A stretch of DNA of 64,000 bases from positions 35,352 to 99,351 of the forward strand of contig JASJEH010000001.1 of the NCBI GenBank assembly GCA_030064755.1, given 5' to 3'. A program made the position numbers and the translations under genes. This stretch comes from Methyloceanibacter sp. Lineage in GTDB: Bacteria > Pseudomonadota > Alphaproteobacteria > Rhizobiales > Methyloligellaceae. The first letter of the stretch is position 1, and each line of letters opens with the position of its first letter. Below, in pieces: positions 9,945 to 19,326 of this stretch. Under the pieces are notes generated by a model that worked only from the letters and a program-made list of their open reading frames with translations, made no database searches and was not told the origin of the DNA.

Positions 9945-11909
9945 GTGCGCCGCGTGACGCTGCCAGCTTCCGCCATAACCACCCGCGCCAACGCGCTTTT
10001 CGAGGCCAACCGCACCCGCCCCGGCGCACCGCAGACGCTGCCAGACCGGTTGTTCGTCGTCGATGTGGAGCGTCAGACGGCCACGTTGATCTTGAACGGA
10101 ATGGCCGCGGAGTCCTGGCCTGTCTCAACGGCCCGCAACGGCATCGGCGGCGAGGAGAACTCCTTCAAGACACCACCCGGCTGGCATCGCATCGACCGGA
10201 AGATCGGCGCGGGCGCGGAGTCGGGCGCTGTGTTTTCGTCCCGGGAACCCACAGGCGAGGTTTGGCGCGGCGAGGAAGCTGAGAGCGATCTAATCCTCAC
10301 CCGCATCCTTACGCTGGACGGTCTCGAAGAGGGCGTCAATCGCGGACCGGGTTTCGACTCTCTTGAACGCTACATCTACATCCACGGCTCCAACCACGAA
10401 GCGGAGATCGGGCGTCCCGCTTCGTGTGGCTGCGTCCGGATGAGCAATGCTGATGTGGCGACGCTTTTTGACTTGGCGCAAGAAGGCGACCTCATCCTGA
10501 TCGCGTCGCCCGAAGATCAGGCGGTCCCCAGCACATCATCGGGCCGCTTTCACTATGCGGGGCTCGGCGGCTCGGGCATGAGCGGCATTGCTCAGTTCCA
10601 GGCGATCAAGGGCGGCCGCGTGAGCGGCAGCGACCGGGCCTTCGACCATGGCGAGCGGAGCGCGGTGCGCGCTCAGTTCGAAGCGCTGGGTATCGGCGTG
10701 TACCCTCAAGACGGGAGTGGGATTGGTGAGGACTGCGCGGCCCTTGTGGTCTCGACTGCCGTCGAAGAAAACGTACCAGACGTCGCCACGGCGAGGGCGC
10801 GCGGCGTGCCCATCGTGCATCGCTCGGAGATGCTGGCCCATTTCGTTCGGGCGTACCGGTCCATCGCGGTAACCGGCACAAGCGGAAAGTCCACCGTCAC
10901 GGGAATGACGTTCGAGATCCTGCGCGGGTGCGGGGCCGATCCGTCTGTCATCACGGGCGGAGATCTTCCGGCCCTCCAGGCCGATGGTTTGATCGGCAAT
11001 GCGTATGCGGGCGACAGCGACCTGCTCGTGGTGGAAGCGGACGAGAGCGACGGTTCGTTGGTGCGCTATGCGCCGTCTATTGGGGTCATCCTCAATCTGC
11101 AACGTGACCACAAGGAAACGGATGAAGTTGCAGCCATGTTCGCCACGTTGCGGGCGCGCACGCGCGAAACCTTAGTCGTGGGGGACGATGCGAATCTCGA
11201 TCCGTTCGCTGGTGGCGCTATCCGCTTCGGCCTCAGCGAGCGCGCGGATATCCGCGCGGTCAACGTGGTGCACAGCGCGGCAGGGGCCCGCTTCGAGGTG
11301 AACGGCGTGAGTTTCACGATCCCTGTTCCTGGTGTTCACAACGTCACCAACGCGCTTGCCGCCATTGCCGCATGTGTTGCTGCGGGCCTGCCACTGGAGC
11401 GCATGAGCGGGCCGCTCGCGGGCTTCGCTGGCATCGGACGGCGCTTCCAAACGATCGGCCGCGCATCAGGCATCGAGGTGGTGGACGACTTTGCCCATAA
11501 TGCCGAAAAGATCACCGCGGCGATCCGGACAGCAAAGCTGCGCGGGCGCCGCGTGCTCGCGATCTACCAGCCCCACGGCTATGGGCCGACCCGGTTCCTG
11601 TGGGAGGACTTCGTCCGGACATTCTCGAGCGAACTCTCCGCGGACGACAGGCTGTTTATGCTCGAGGTCTTCTACGCGGGCGGGACCGCCAAACGGGATT
11701 TTTCCGCCGCGGATATCGTCGAAGAGATCGCGGCGACAGGCGCACGGGCTTCCTTCGCGCCGTCACGAGAATGGCTCGCTGAAGCGATCGCGCATGAGGC
11801 GCGTGATGGCGATGTGGTGCTGGTCATGGGTGCGCGCGACCCTTCTCTTACCGCCTTCGCCTGCGGCATTCTCGGCGCAATCAAAGGAGCGGCGCGTACT
11901 CGAGCCTAG
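9945..11909 (+). CDS. Fusion of an N-terminal YkuD-type L,D-transpeptidase domain and a C-terminal MurC/Mpl-like Mur ligase
   Basis: YIYIHG...SCGCVRM (10383-10439), then in frame GLGGSGMS, VTGTSGKST, EADESDGS, GIGRRF and DDFAH. Start uncertain (GTG 9945 or 9954). Confidence 0.85.
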   Translation: MRRVTLPASAITTRANALFEANRTRPGAPQTLPDRLFVVDVERQTATLILNGMAAESWPVSTARNGIGGEENSFKTPPGWHRIDRKIGAGAESGAVFSSREPTGEVWRGEEAESDLILTRILTLDGLEEGVNRGPGFDSLERYIYIHGSNHEAEIGRPASCGCVRMSNADVATLFDLAQEGDLILIASPEDQAVPSTSSGRFHYAGLGGSGMSGIAQFQAIKGGRVSGSDRAFDHGERSAVRAQFEALGIGVYPQDGSGIGEDCAALVVSTAVEENVPDVATARARGVPIVHRSEMLAHFVRAYRSIAVTGTSGKSTVTGMTFEILRGCGADPSVITGGDLPALQADGLIGNAYAGDSDLLVVEADESDGSLVRYAPSIGVILNLQRDHKETDEVAAMFATLRARTRETLVVGDDANLDPFAGGAIRFGLSERADIRAVNVVHSAAGARFEVNGVSFTIPVPGVHNVTNALAAIAACVAAGLPLERMSGPLAGFAGIGRRFQTIGRASGIEVVDDFAHNAEKITAAIRTAKLRGRRVLAIYQPHGYGPTRFLWEDFVRTFSSELSADDRLFMLEVFYAGGTAKRDFSAADIVEEIAATGARASFAPSREWLAEAIAHEARDGDVVLVMGARDPSLTAFACGILGAIKGAARTRA

Positions 11910-11924
11910 CGTAGCGGGGCGGCA

Positions 11925-14900
11925 CTAGTTGCCAAGGAGCCCCGAGAGGAAGTCGTCGACGCCGCTAGCCCGGCGAGGACGGCGAGGGCGCGATTCCGAA
12001 TAGCGGCGCGTCGACGTCGTCTCGGTGAAATCCGCGCTTGCGATCGGCACGTTGAAATGCGCGGGATTCTTGAACAGCTTCGCCGCCATGTGACTGTCAA
12101 TGCCGTAGACATCACCGAATTCGCGGATTGAGCCGTATCCGTCAGCGATCGCCGTATTGTAGGTCATGTGGACTGGAATCTTCCGGCGAAGTGCAATGAC
12201 TTTCGTTTCTCCCTGGGCACGGGCAAACACGTCCTGGACATTGCCCATGGACCACCCCTTGTCCTCCGCAAGCAGGAAGGCCGCGAAGCGGGTCGGCTGA
12301 TTCACACGGATACACCCATGACTCAGCGTCCGCACGCGGTGCCCGAACAACTCTTTCTGGGTCGTGTCGTGCATGTAGATGGCATGCTTGTTCGGGAAAT
12401 TGAACTTGAAGCGGCCAAGCACATTGTGCGGGCCAGGATCCTGCTGGAACGTGTAGGCATGCACGTTCGCCGACTGCCAATCGACTTGGTCGGCATCGAC
12501 CGGTTTGCCGCCCCTGCTAACTTTCAGGCCGTAGCGGCGCAGCATTCTGTTCCGTGACTCGCGCCCCCCAAACAAACCTCCAGACCGCTGTGGTCCGCGA
12601 AGTTTGGGCGCGATGTCCTCTCTCACAATGGTGGGCGGAACCGTCCAGTTCGGATTGAAGACAATGTTCCGCATCGGAGAGGAGAAGAATGCCGTGGCGT
12701 ATTTCGCCTGACCCACAATCGACTTTTCTTCATAGATCTCGCGGCCGTTCTTCAAGACACGGAACTTGAACTCCGGGATGTTGTTCCAGACATGGAAGCT
12801 GCCGAGATCCGAAGGCAGCCAACGCCAGCGCTCCATGTTGAGGACGATGAGCTGGACCATGCGGTCATCATCGGGATTACGGCCAAGATCCTTCGCCGAA
12901 TCCCTGGCGTGAACCAATGCCGCATGGAGGCGCTGATATTGGTCGTTTTGGGGGTGAAGCGACAGGAGCGTCTTGTCCGGCGTTCCAGAGCCCGCAATCT
13001 CCGTCAAGACCGCTTTTGGATCGCGCGCCTTCGGATGGAAGTCGAAGAGCTTATGTGCCTTTGATGGCTTGAGCCGCCCCGTCTGCGCGTGCCGCGCATA
13101 TTTCAAGACTGCCGCGGAGACGGCCAGTTCCGCCTCGGCACGCGCTTCGTCCGTGGTCAGCGTTTTCTCAGTAGAGGGCGTCGCGTAGACACGTGCATCG
13201 AGGCCCCAATCGTTGGCATCGCGAATGGTTGCGATCACCGTCTTGGCCTTGGGTGCCAGGCTGTCGTCGGCCACCCACAGCGGGTCTTCGTCGCGTTCGC
13301 CATACAGCGCCTTGAGGGCCTCAACGTCAGCGGCCGCTAACTTGGGCGCAGAGGCGCCCTCCAACTTGGTCCGGACTGCCTTGATAACCGGATCAACGGG
13401 GGGCGGAGGCGGCGGACCGAGCTCAACAGACTCATCATCTGAACCGTCGTTGCCGGATTTGCCTGCTGCGAGAGGGGGCGTGCCAGGCTTAAGGGCCGCA
13501 AGCTTCGTATCCTCGCCGTCTGCCTTCGCTCCAGGCGGCGGCGACACGTCGAGGACAACGATGGCGTCGTAGGCCCGCGGGTCCAGAACAATCTCTTCGC
13601 TTGGTGCTTCGGTCGTCGCGCGCTGGATGTCAGTGACATCCGCTGCCTCGTTTGATGCGGCGATTCCGTCCGGCTTAGAGGCGGGCGCGATCGAGGCCGT
13701 CACATCACCGTCGCCGTCGGAGGAAGCGTCTTTGACCTGAGCGTCGGACTCCGTGTCGGCCTGTCGTTCCGGCGTATTCGCCGGGCTGATCATGCGCGCT
13801 ATTTCTGGCTTCGGCTCCGGTGCAGGCGGAAGCGATGCGGTGACGATTTCGCCATCCGCTGCGTCGTCTTCGCTGGCCGGGGTCTTCGCGTTGTCAGCGT
13901 CTGCCTTTGTGTCTGTCTTGGTGTCTGCGTCTTTTGAATCTGCCTCAGTGGCGCTGGCGACCTTGCCGTCTTTGTCGTTAGCTTCCTCGGTCTTGCTGTC
14001 AGCGTCGTCGGCGTGGGTTTCCTTGGCGTCCGCCGTCTTTGCGTCGTCGTCTTTGGCCTCGCTGTCGTCGGCGGTCGCGACGTCGGGGCTGTCCGCATCA
14101 GGTTTTGTATCCTTCGCCGTACTCGCCGACCCGTCGGCGTCGGCCGTATCCACCTCGGCTTTGGCCGTACCGTCTGCCTTTGCAGTCTCTGCGGCGTCTT
14201 CTGTCTTGTTCTTCTCTGTCTTGTCCTTGGCATCCGCCGATGCACTGTCGGCTTTCTCTTCCGAACCCGCACCAGCGCTCTTGATGTCGGTGTCTTTCGA
14301 CGGCTCGTCCTGAACGCCGGCGCCGTCCGTGCTCTTGGTGTCGGCCGCCTTCTTATCGTCGGCCGTCGCGGTTTCCGCTGATTTGTCCGAATCAGCTTCA
14401 GCGGCCGCCGACTCTGTCGCGTCGCCCTTCTCGGCCTTGTCTGCATCTTGTTCGGCCGTCTTCGCGGCAGAGCTGTCATCGTCTGCCGCCTGCTCGTCCT
14501 TCGCCGTTTCGGCTTTCTTGGCGTCCGGCTCATCAACAGCGGCGGTCTCTATGTCGGCCGGTTTCGTGTCTTTGACGTCGTCGGAAGTGGTCGACGACGC
14601 GGCCTTGTCCTGACCCTCAGCCTCTGGTGCGCTCTCCGCGTCAGCCGTCTTCGTTTCTGGCGGCGTCTCGTCTTCCGGCTTGGCGTCAGACTTGGCGTCT
14701 GCCGTCGTATCCGTTTCGCCTTCGGACTCTGCGTCCGAATCGGAAGCCGCGACCGCTTTGTCTTCCGCACCGCCAGCGGGCTCATCCGTTTCGGCTGACT
14801 CGGTCTCGGAGGCTTCGGCTTGTTCGGAGTCGCTGCCGGCCGCCTCGTTTTTTGCTGTCTCTTTTGGCTCAGGCGCCGTTTCGTCGGCGCTTTCCTTTAG

Positions 14901-15251
14901 CGCAGGCGCATCGGAATCAGATTGCTTTTCGGCAACACGCGTGGGCGCCGGCAAGGCCATAACGAGGCTTGCCACCGCTACGGTGCCAACCGCCAAATCG
15001 GCTTGGCTGTTCTTTGCAACGTCTGGAGAAACGGCCTTGGTGGACACGGCCGCGAACGTCCGGTCGGGATTGCGAATCGGCGCAACAGGCCGGGCCCGAC
15101 GCGACCTCTTGCGCTTGACGACCTTCTTACCGGTAAAGAGGCCGGGCACGCGGAACTCCGCCGACGCCGTCGTGGGAACGGCGCTCGTTCCGGCCCCGAC
15201 AGCCAAAAAGGCCAACGTTGTCAGCCCGATAATGGCAATTCGTCCGCTCAT
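11925..15251 (-). CDS. YcbB/LdtD-like L,D-transpeptidase with Sec signal and a very long acidic low-complexity linker
   Basis: LNMERWRWLP, NIPEF, FNPNWTVPPTI, QDPGPHNVLGRFKF, IYMHDT and LSHGCIRV. Signal MSGRIAIIG...TASA. Confidence 0.88.
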   Translation of the reverse strand: MSGRIAIIGLTTLAFLAVGAGTSAVPTTASAEFRVPGLFTGKKVVKRKRSRRARPVAPIRNPDRTFAAVSTKAVSPDVAKNSQADLAVGTVAVASLVMALPAPTRVAEKQSDSDAPALKESADETAPEPKETAKNEAAGSDSEQAEASETESAETDEPAGGAEDKAVAASDSDAESEGETDTTADAKSDAKPEDETPPETKTADAESAPEAEGQDKAASSTTSDDVKDTKPADIETAAVDEPDAKKAETAKDEQAADDDSSAAKTAEQDADKAEKGDATESAAAEADSDKSAETATADDKKAADTKSTDGAGVQDEPSKDTDIKSAGAGSEEKADSASADAKDKTEKNKTEDAAETAKADGTAKAEVDTADADGSASTAKDTKPDADSPDVATADDSEAKDDDAKTADAKETHADDADSKTEEANDKDGKVASATEADSKDADTKTDTKADADNAKTPASEDDAADGEIVTASLPPAPEPKPEIARMISPANTPERQADTESDAQVKDASSDGDGDVTASIAPASKPDGIAASNEAADVTDIQRATTEAPSEEIVLDPRAYDAIVVLDVSPPPGAKADGEDTKLAALKPGTPPLAAGKSGNDGSDDESVELGPPPPPPVDPVIKAVRTKLEGASAPKLAAADVEALKALYGERDEDPLWVADDSLAPKAKTVIATIRDANDWGLDARVYATPSTEKTLTTDEARAEAELAVSAAVLKYARHAQTGRLKPSKAHKLFDFHPKARDPKAVLTEIAGSGTPDKTLLSLHPQNDQYQRLHAALVHARDSAKDLGRNPDDDRMVQLIVLNMERWRWLPSDLGSFHVWNNIPEFKFRVLKNGREIYEEKSIVGQAKYATAFFSSPMRNIVFNPNWTVPPTIVREDIAPKLRGPQRSGGLFGGRESRNRMLRRYGLKVSRGGKPVDADQVDWQSANVHAYTFQQDPGPHNVLGRFKFNFPNKHAIYMHDTTQKELFGHRVRTLSHGCIRVNQPTRFAAFLLAEDKGWSMGNVQDVFARAQGETKVIALRRKIPVHMTYNTAIADGYGSIREFGDVYGIDSHMAAKLFKNPAHFNVPIASADFTETTSTRRYSESRPRRPRRASGVDDFLSGLLGN

Positions 15252-15704
15252 TCGTTGTCCCTCAGAGCCTCCGCGCGTCGTCCCCATATGTAAGCGGCGA
15301 CTTGGTGAGTTTGGAGAGGATCGCGCAAGATCCTAAACATAGTGGCAAAAAGGGCAGTTCCTTGGCTAATAGGACGTGACGCATCAAAAATGTGCCAGCC
15401 TTGTATCTTTCGACGGTTTCACGGCGGTGCCCCCAAGGTGGCGACAGTCGACCTGATGATTTCGTTGCCCCGCTGCCCAAAGATTCGGCATCTGCGCGGA
15501 AATGACCTGGATATCGCCGTGAACTCGATTTGATCGATACACCCTCGGGTGCAATACTTCCTGCGTTCAACGCAATTCCAAGTCCTTAAGAGCGCTGCTG
15601 CCGACGTAAGCGAAGCCTCGCCAGCGCGGCCCCATTCTTGCTTAAATCTTGGCGTTGTCCTTTTTGGCCCGCCGAAACCTTCACCGATAGAGAGGCATCA
15701 GCGT

Positions 15705-17480
15705 ATGTGCGGATTGTGTGGCGAGATCACATTCGACGGCTCGCCAGCATCGGTCGACGCCATTGAGGCTATGACGGGCACGATGGTCCCCCGCGGGCCG
15801 GACGCTGGGGGGATCGTCTCACGCGGGTCCTTCGCCTTCGGCCATCGCCGCCTGAAGATCATCGATCTTTCGGAACGCGGCCAGCAGCCCATGGTCGATT
15901 CCGAACTCGGCATCACGCTTGTCTTCAATGGCTGTATCTACAACCACAAGGAGCTACGCGCCGAGCTCGAGGCCAAAGGCTACCGATTCTTCTCCACGAG
16001 CGATACCGAAGTCGTCTTGAAGTCGTGGCACGCTTGGGGGCCGGAGGCGCCGACACATTTCAAAGGCATGTTTGCCTTTGTGGTCTACGAGCGCGACACC
16101 GGTCGCGTCGCCATGGGCCGCGACCGTCTCGGCATCAAGCCGCTCTACTACACGCTAAACGAAAAGCGCCTGCGCTTTGCCTCAACGCTGCCTGCGCTTG
16201 TTGCCGCGGGCGATGTGGACACTGGGCTCGATCCCGTGGGGCTCGCGCACTACATGACGTTTCATGCGGTCGTGCCGCCGCCGCATACGATACTGCGCGG
16301 GGTGCGCAAGCTCCCGGCCGCGACGCTCCGTGTGATCGAGCCCGACGGCAGCTTCAAGGACACACTCTACTGGGACCTTAGCTTCGAACGGAGCGCCGAG
16401 GACCTCGCGACGAGCGATGCGGTGTGGAAGGAACGCGTCGGCGCCGCGCTTCGCCAGGCCGTCGATAGGCGCATGATCGCCGATGTGCCTGTGGGCGTCC
16501 TTCTCTCTGGCGGCGTCGACTCCAGTTTGATCGTGGGTCTCCTGGCCGAGGCCGGTCAGCAGCACTTGAAGACGTTCTCGATCGGCTTCGAGGCCGCCCA
16601 CGGCGAAGCGGGCGATGAGTTCAAATACTCCGACATCATCGCGGAGCATTTCGCAACTGATCACACCAAGATCATGATCCCTACCGAGCACATGCTCGAC
16701 TCACTACCCGAGACGATCGCAGCGATGTCTGAGCCGATGGTGTCCTACGACAATGTTGGCTTCTATCTGCTCTCTCGCGAAGTGGCGAAGCATGTCAAGG
16801 TCGTGCAGAGCGGTCAGGGTGCGGACGAGGTGTTCGCCGGGTATCACTGGTACCCGAAGCTGGCGAGCACCAACGATATTCAGGCGGACTACAAGGCTCT
16901 CTTCTTCGATCGGGGGCGCGAGAAGCTCGCCAGTCATCTGAACGACATCTGGATGGCCGAGGGAGACGAGCCGGCTCGAATGGTCGAAGCGCATCTCATG
17001 AAGGCTGGCGCGGAGACACCGCTGGACCGGGCCTTGCGTATCGACACGACCGTGATGCTCGTCGACGACCCGGTGAAGCGCGTGGACAATATGACCATGG
17101 CTTGGGGTCTGGAGGCACGTGTTCCGTTTCTGGACCACGAGCTTGTAGAACTGGCCGCGCGCGTGCCGCCCGAGATGAAGCTTAAGGACGAAGGCAAAGG
17201 CATACTGAAAGATGTGGCGCGGGATGTTATTCCCTCTTCCGTGATCGACCGGCCGAAAGGGTACTTTCCCGTGCCTGCCCTCAAGTACATTGACGGCCCT
17301 GTCCTGGAGATGACGCGCGATGCGCTCTCTTCACAAGCCGCAAACGACAGAGGTCTTTTCCGATCGACCTATCTCGACAGTCTTTTTGCCGATCCGAAGG
17401 CGCATATCACGCCGTTGCGTGGATCGGAGCTTTGGCAATGTGCGTTGTTGGAGCTCTGGCTTCAGTCCCACAATCTCTAG
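15705..17480 (+). CDS. asnO: N-acetylglutaminylglutamine amidotransferase (AsnB family, NAGGN synthesis)
   Basis: N-terminal MCGLCG Ntn nucleophile, RGPD, GHRRLKIID, LLSGGVDSS, SGQGADEVFAGY and EARVPFLD. Upstream of ngg. Confidence 0.88.
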   Translation: MCGLCGEITFDGSPASVDAIEAMTGTMVPRGPDAGGIVSRGSFAFGHRRLKIIDLSERGQQPMVDSELGITLVFNGCIYNHKELRAELEAKGYRFFSTSDTEVVLKSWHAWGPEAPTHFKGMFAFVVYERDTGRVAMGRDRLGIKPLYYTLNEKRLRFASTLPALVAAGDVDTGLDPVGLAHYMTFHAVVPPPHTILRGVRKLPAATLRVIEPDGSFKDTLYWDLSFERSAEDLATSDAVWKERVGAALRQAVDRRMIADVPVGVLLSGGVDSSLIVGLLAEAGQQHLKTFSIGFEAAHGEAGDEFKYSDIIAEHFATDHTKIMIPTEHMLDSLPETIAAMSEPMVSYDNVGFYLLSREVAKHVKVVQSGQGADEVFAGYHWYPKLASTNDIQADYKALFFDRGREKLASHLNDIWMAEGDEPARMVEAHLMKAGAETPLDRALRIDTTVMLVDDPVKRVDNMTMAWGLEARVPFLDHELVELAARVPPEMKLKDEGKGILKDVARDVIPSSVIDRPKGYFPVPALKYIDGPVLEMTRDALSSQAANDRGLFRSTYLDSLFADPKAHITPLRGSELWQCALLELWLQSHNL

Positions 17481-17487
17481 GCATAGC

Positions 17488-19251
17488 ATGAGCACGGATA
17501 AGAGCAGCTTAGAAGGCACGGAGAACAGAGGCACGCCGCACGGGACGACGCCGCGCGCGGATCTTGCACCGAGAGGCGCGGCCCAAAGCAACGTCGCTTT
17601 CGACTGCGGCTGGGGGCGTCTCTTGTTTGGCCAGACCTTCGCCGATGCATCAGACTTGGCCAACTGCCTCAGGGCCGAAGGTCCGGGGCGCCGCGACATC
17701 GCCTTCTACATTCTCGACCCGCATGTCGTGTTGGCCGCCGCGCCGCAGGAATTGTTCTTGGACCCCTCCCATACTTACAGGCTCGACCTTAAGACCTATG
17801 AGCCAGCCGCGACCGCACCGCGTGGGTTTCATATCCGGCAGCTTGAGTCTCTTCAGGACGCTGAAGAGATAAATCGAATCTATTCGGCGCGGCGCATGGT
17901 GACGGTGGCGCCTAACTTTTTTTGGGAGAACCGCGATAGCGACGCGATAACCTATCTGGTCGCCGTAGACGACAAGACCAATACGATTGTCGGAACCGTC
18001 ACCGGTGTGCATCACCGCGACGCGTTCGGCGATCCCGAAAACGGGTCCTCACTGTGGTGCCTCGCCGTCGATACGCAGTCCACACTGCCCGGCATTGGCG
18101 AAGCGCTGGTTCGCAGTCTTTCGGAACACTTCAGGGAGCGCGGCTGTTCGTACATGGACTTGTCGGTCCTGCACGACAACGAAATGGCCATCACGCTCTA
18201 CGAGAAGCTGGGCTTCATCCGCTGGGCCACCTTCACCGTCAAACGTAAGAACGTCATCAACGAGCAGCTCTTCACCGAGACCTTCGATGACTATGACGCG
18301 CTCAACCCCTATGCGCGGATCATTGTCGACGAAGCCCAGCGGCGCGGCATCGGTGTCGAGATTATCGATGCCGAAGGCGGCTTCTTCCGTCTGACCTATG
18401 GCGGACGGTCCGTCGCATGCCGCGAGAGCCTCACTGCTCTGACTACCGCGATCGCTATGAGTATCTGCGACGACAAGCGGGTCACGCGGCGCATTGTAAA
18501 GGCAGCGGGTGTGCGGGCGCCCGAGCAGGTCACCGTTGACGAAGAAGACGAGGCGCGGGCCTTTTTGGGGCGCTACGGATCGGTCGTGGTGAAGCCAGCG
18601 CGCGGCGAACAAGGCAAAGGCATCGCCGTCGGACTGACAAACTGGGACGACACGAAGACGGCTATCGACTACGCGAAGACCCTTTGCAACGAAGTGGTCT
18701 TGGAGGAGTTCGTCGAGGGCGTTGATTTACGGATCGTCGTCATCAACTACCGGGTCGTTGCGGCCGCGATCCGAAAACCCGCTACGATCATCGGCAACGG
18801 CACGTCCACGGTACGCGAGCTCATCGAACGGCAAACAAAGCGGCGTTTGGCCGCAACCGGTGGAGAATCGGCAATTCCGATGGATACCGAGACCGAGCGG
18901 TGCCTGGCCGTCGCGGGGTACAGCTACGAGGATGTCCCAGAGACCGAAGCTTCCATAGCCGTCCGCAAGACCGCCAACCTACACACTGGCGGGACGATCC
19001 ACGATGTAACGGGCATCCTCCACCGGACCCTGATCGATGCCGCAGTCAACGCAGCGAAAGCAATCGAAATTCCCGTTACGGGGATTGATTTCATCGTGAG
19101 AACGCCGACCGAGCCCGACTACTGGTTCATTGAAGCCAACGAGCGTCCAGGGCTTGCCAACCATGAGCCACAGCCGACGGCAGCTCGCTTCATCGACCTG
19201 CTTTTCCCTCAGACCGTGCCTGCTACTGTGCGCAAAGCGCTTCAAATGTAG
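17488..19251 (+). CDS. ngg: N-acetylglutaminylglutamine synthetase (GNAT + ATP-grasp)
   Basis: CGWGRLLFGQTF, GSSLWCLAVD (GNAT), LNPYARII, VVKPARGEQGKG and FIEANERPGLANHEPQPTA. Confidence 0.9.
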   Translation: MSTDKSSLEGTENRGTPHGTTPRADLAPRGAAQSNVAFDCGWGRLLFGQTFADASDLANCLRAEGPGRRDIAFYILDPHVVLAAAPQELFLDPSHTYRLDLKTYEPAATAPRGFHIRQLESLQDAEEINRIYSARRMVTVAPNFFWENRDSDAITYLVAVDDKTNTIVGTVTGVHHRDAFGDPENGSSLWCLAVDTQSTLPGIGEALVRSLSEHFRERGCSYMDLSVLHDNEMAITLYEKLGFIRWATFTVKRKNVINEQLFTETFDDYDALNPYARIIVDEAQRRGIGVEIIDAEGGFFRLTYGGRSVACRESLTALTTAIAMSICDDKRVTRRIVKAAGVRAPEQVTVDEEDEARAFLGRYGSVVVKPARGEQGKGIAVGLTNWDDTKTAIDYAKTLCNEVVLEEFVEGVDLRIVVINYRVVAAAIRKPATIIGNGTSTVRELIERQTKRRLAATGGESAIPMDTETERCLAVAGYSYEDVPETEASIAVRKTANLHTGGTIHDVTGILHRTLIDAAVNAAKAIEIPVTGIDFIVRTPTEPDYWFIEANERPGLANHEPQPTAARFIDLLFPQTVPATVRKALQM

Positions 19252-19326
19252 GCGTCCGCGTACTACCCATAGGCCGATCCACAAGGAGCGCGAAGCGACA
19301 AGCGCCCTGAACGACAGAGCTGCGTG

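Noticed and set aside
15290-15704. ORFs 15262-15570 and 15342-15533 in the divergent Ldt/asnO gap
   Set aside because: No RBS, atypical composition and no motifs. More likely a divergent promoter region.
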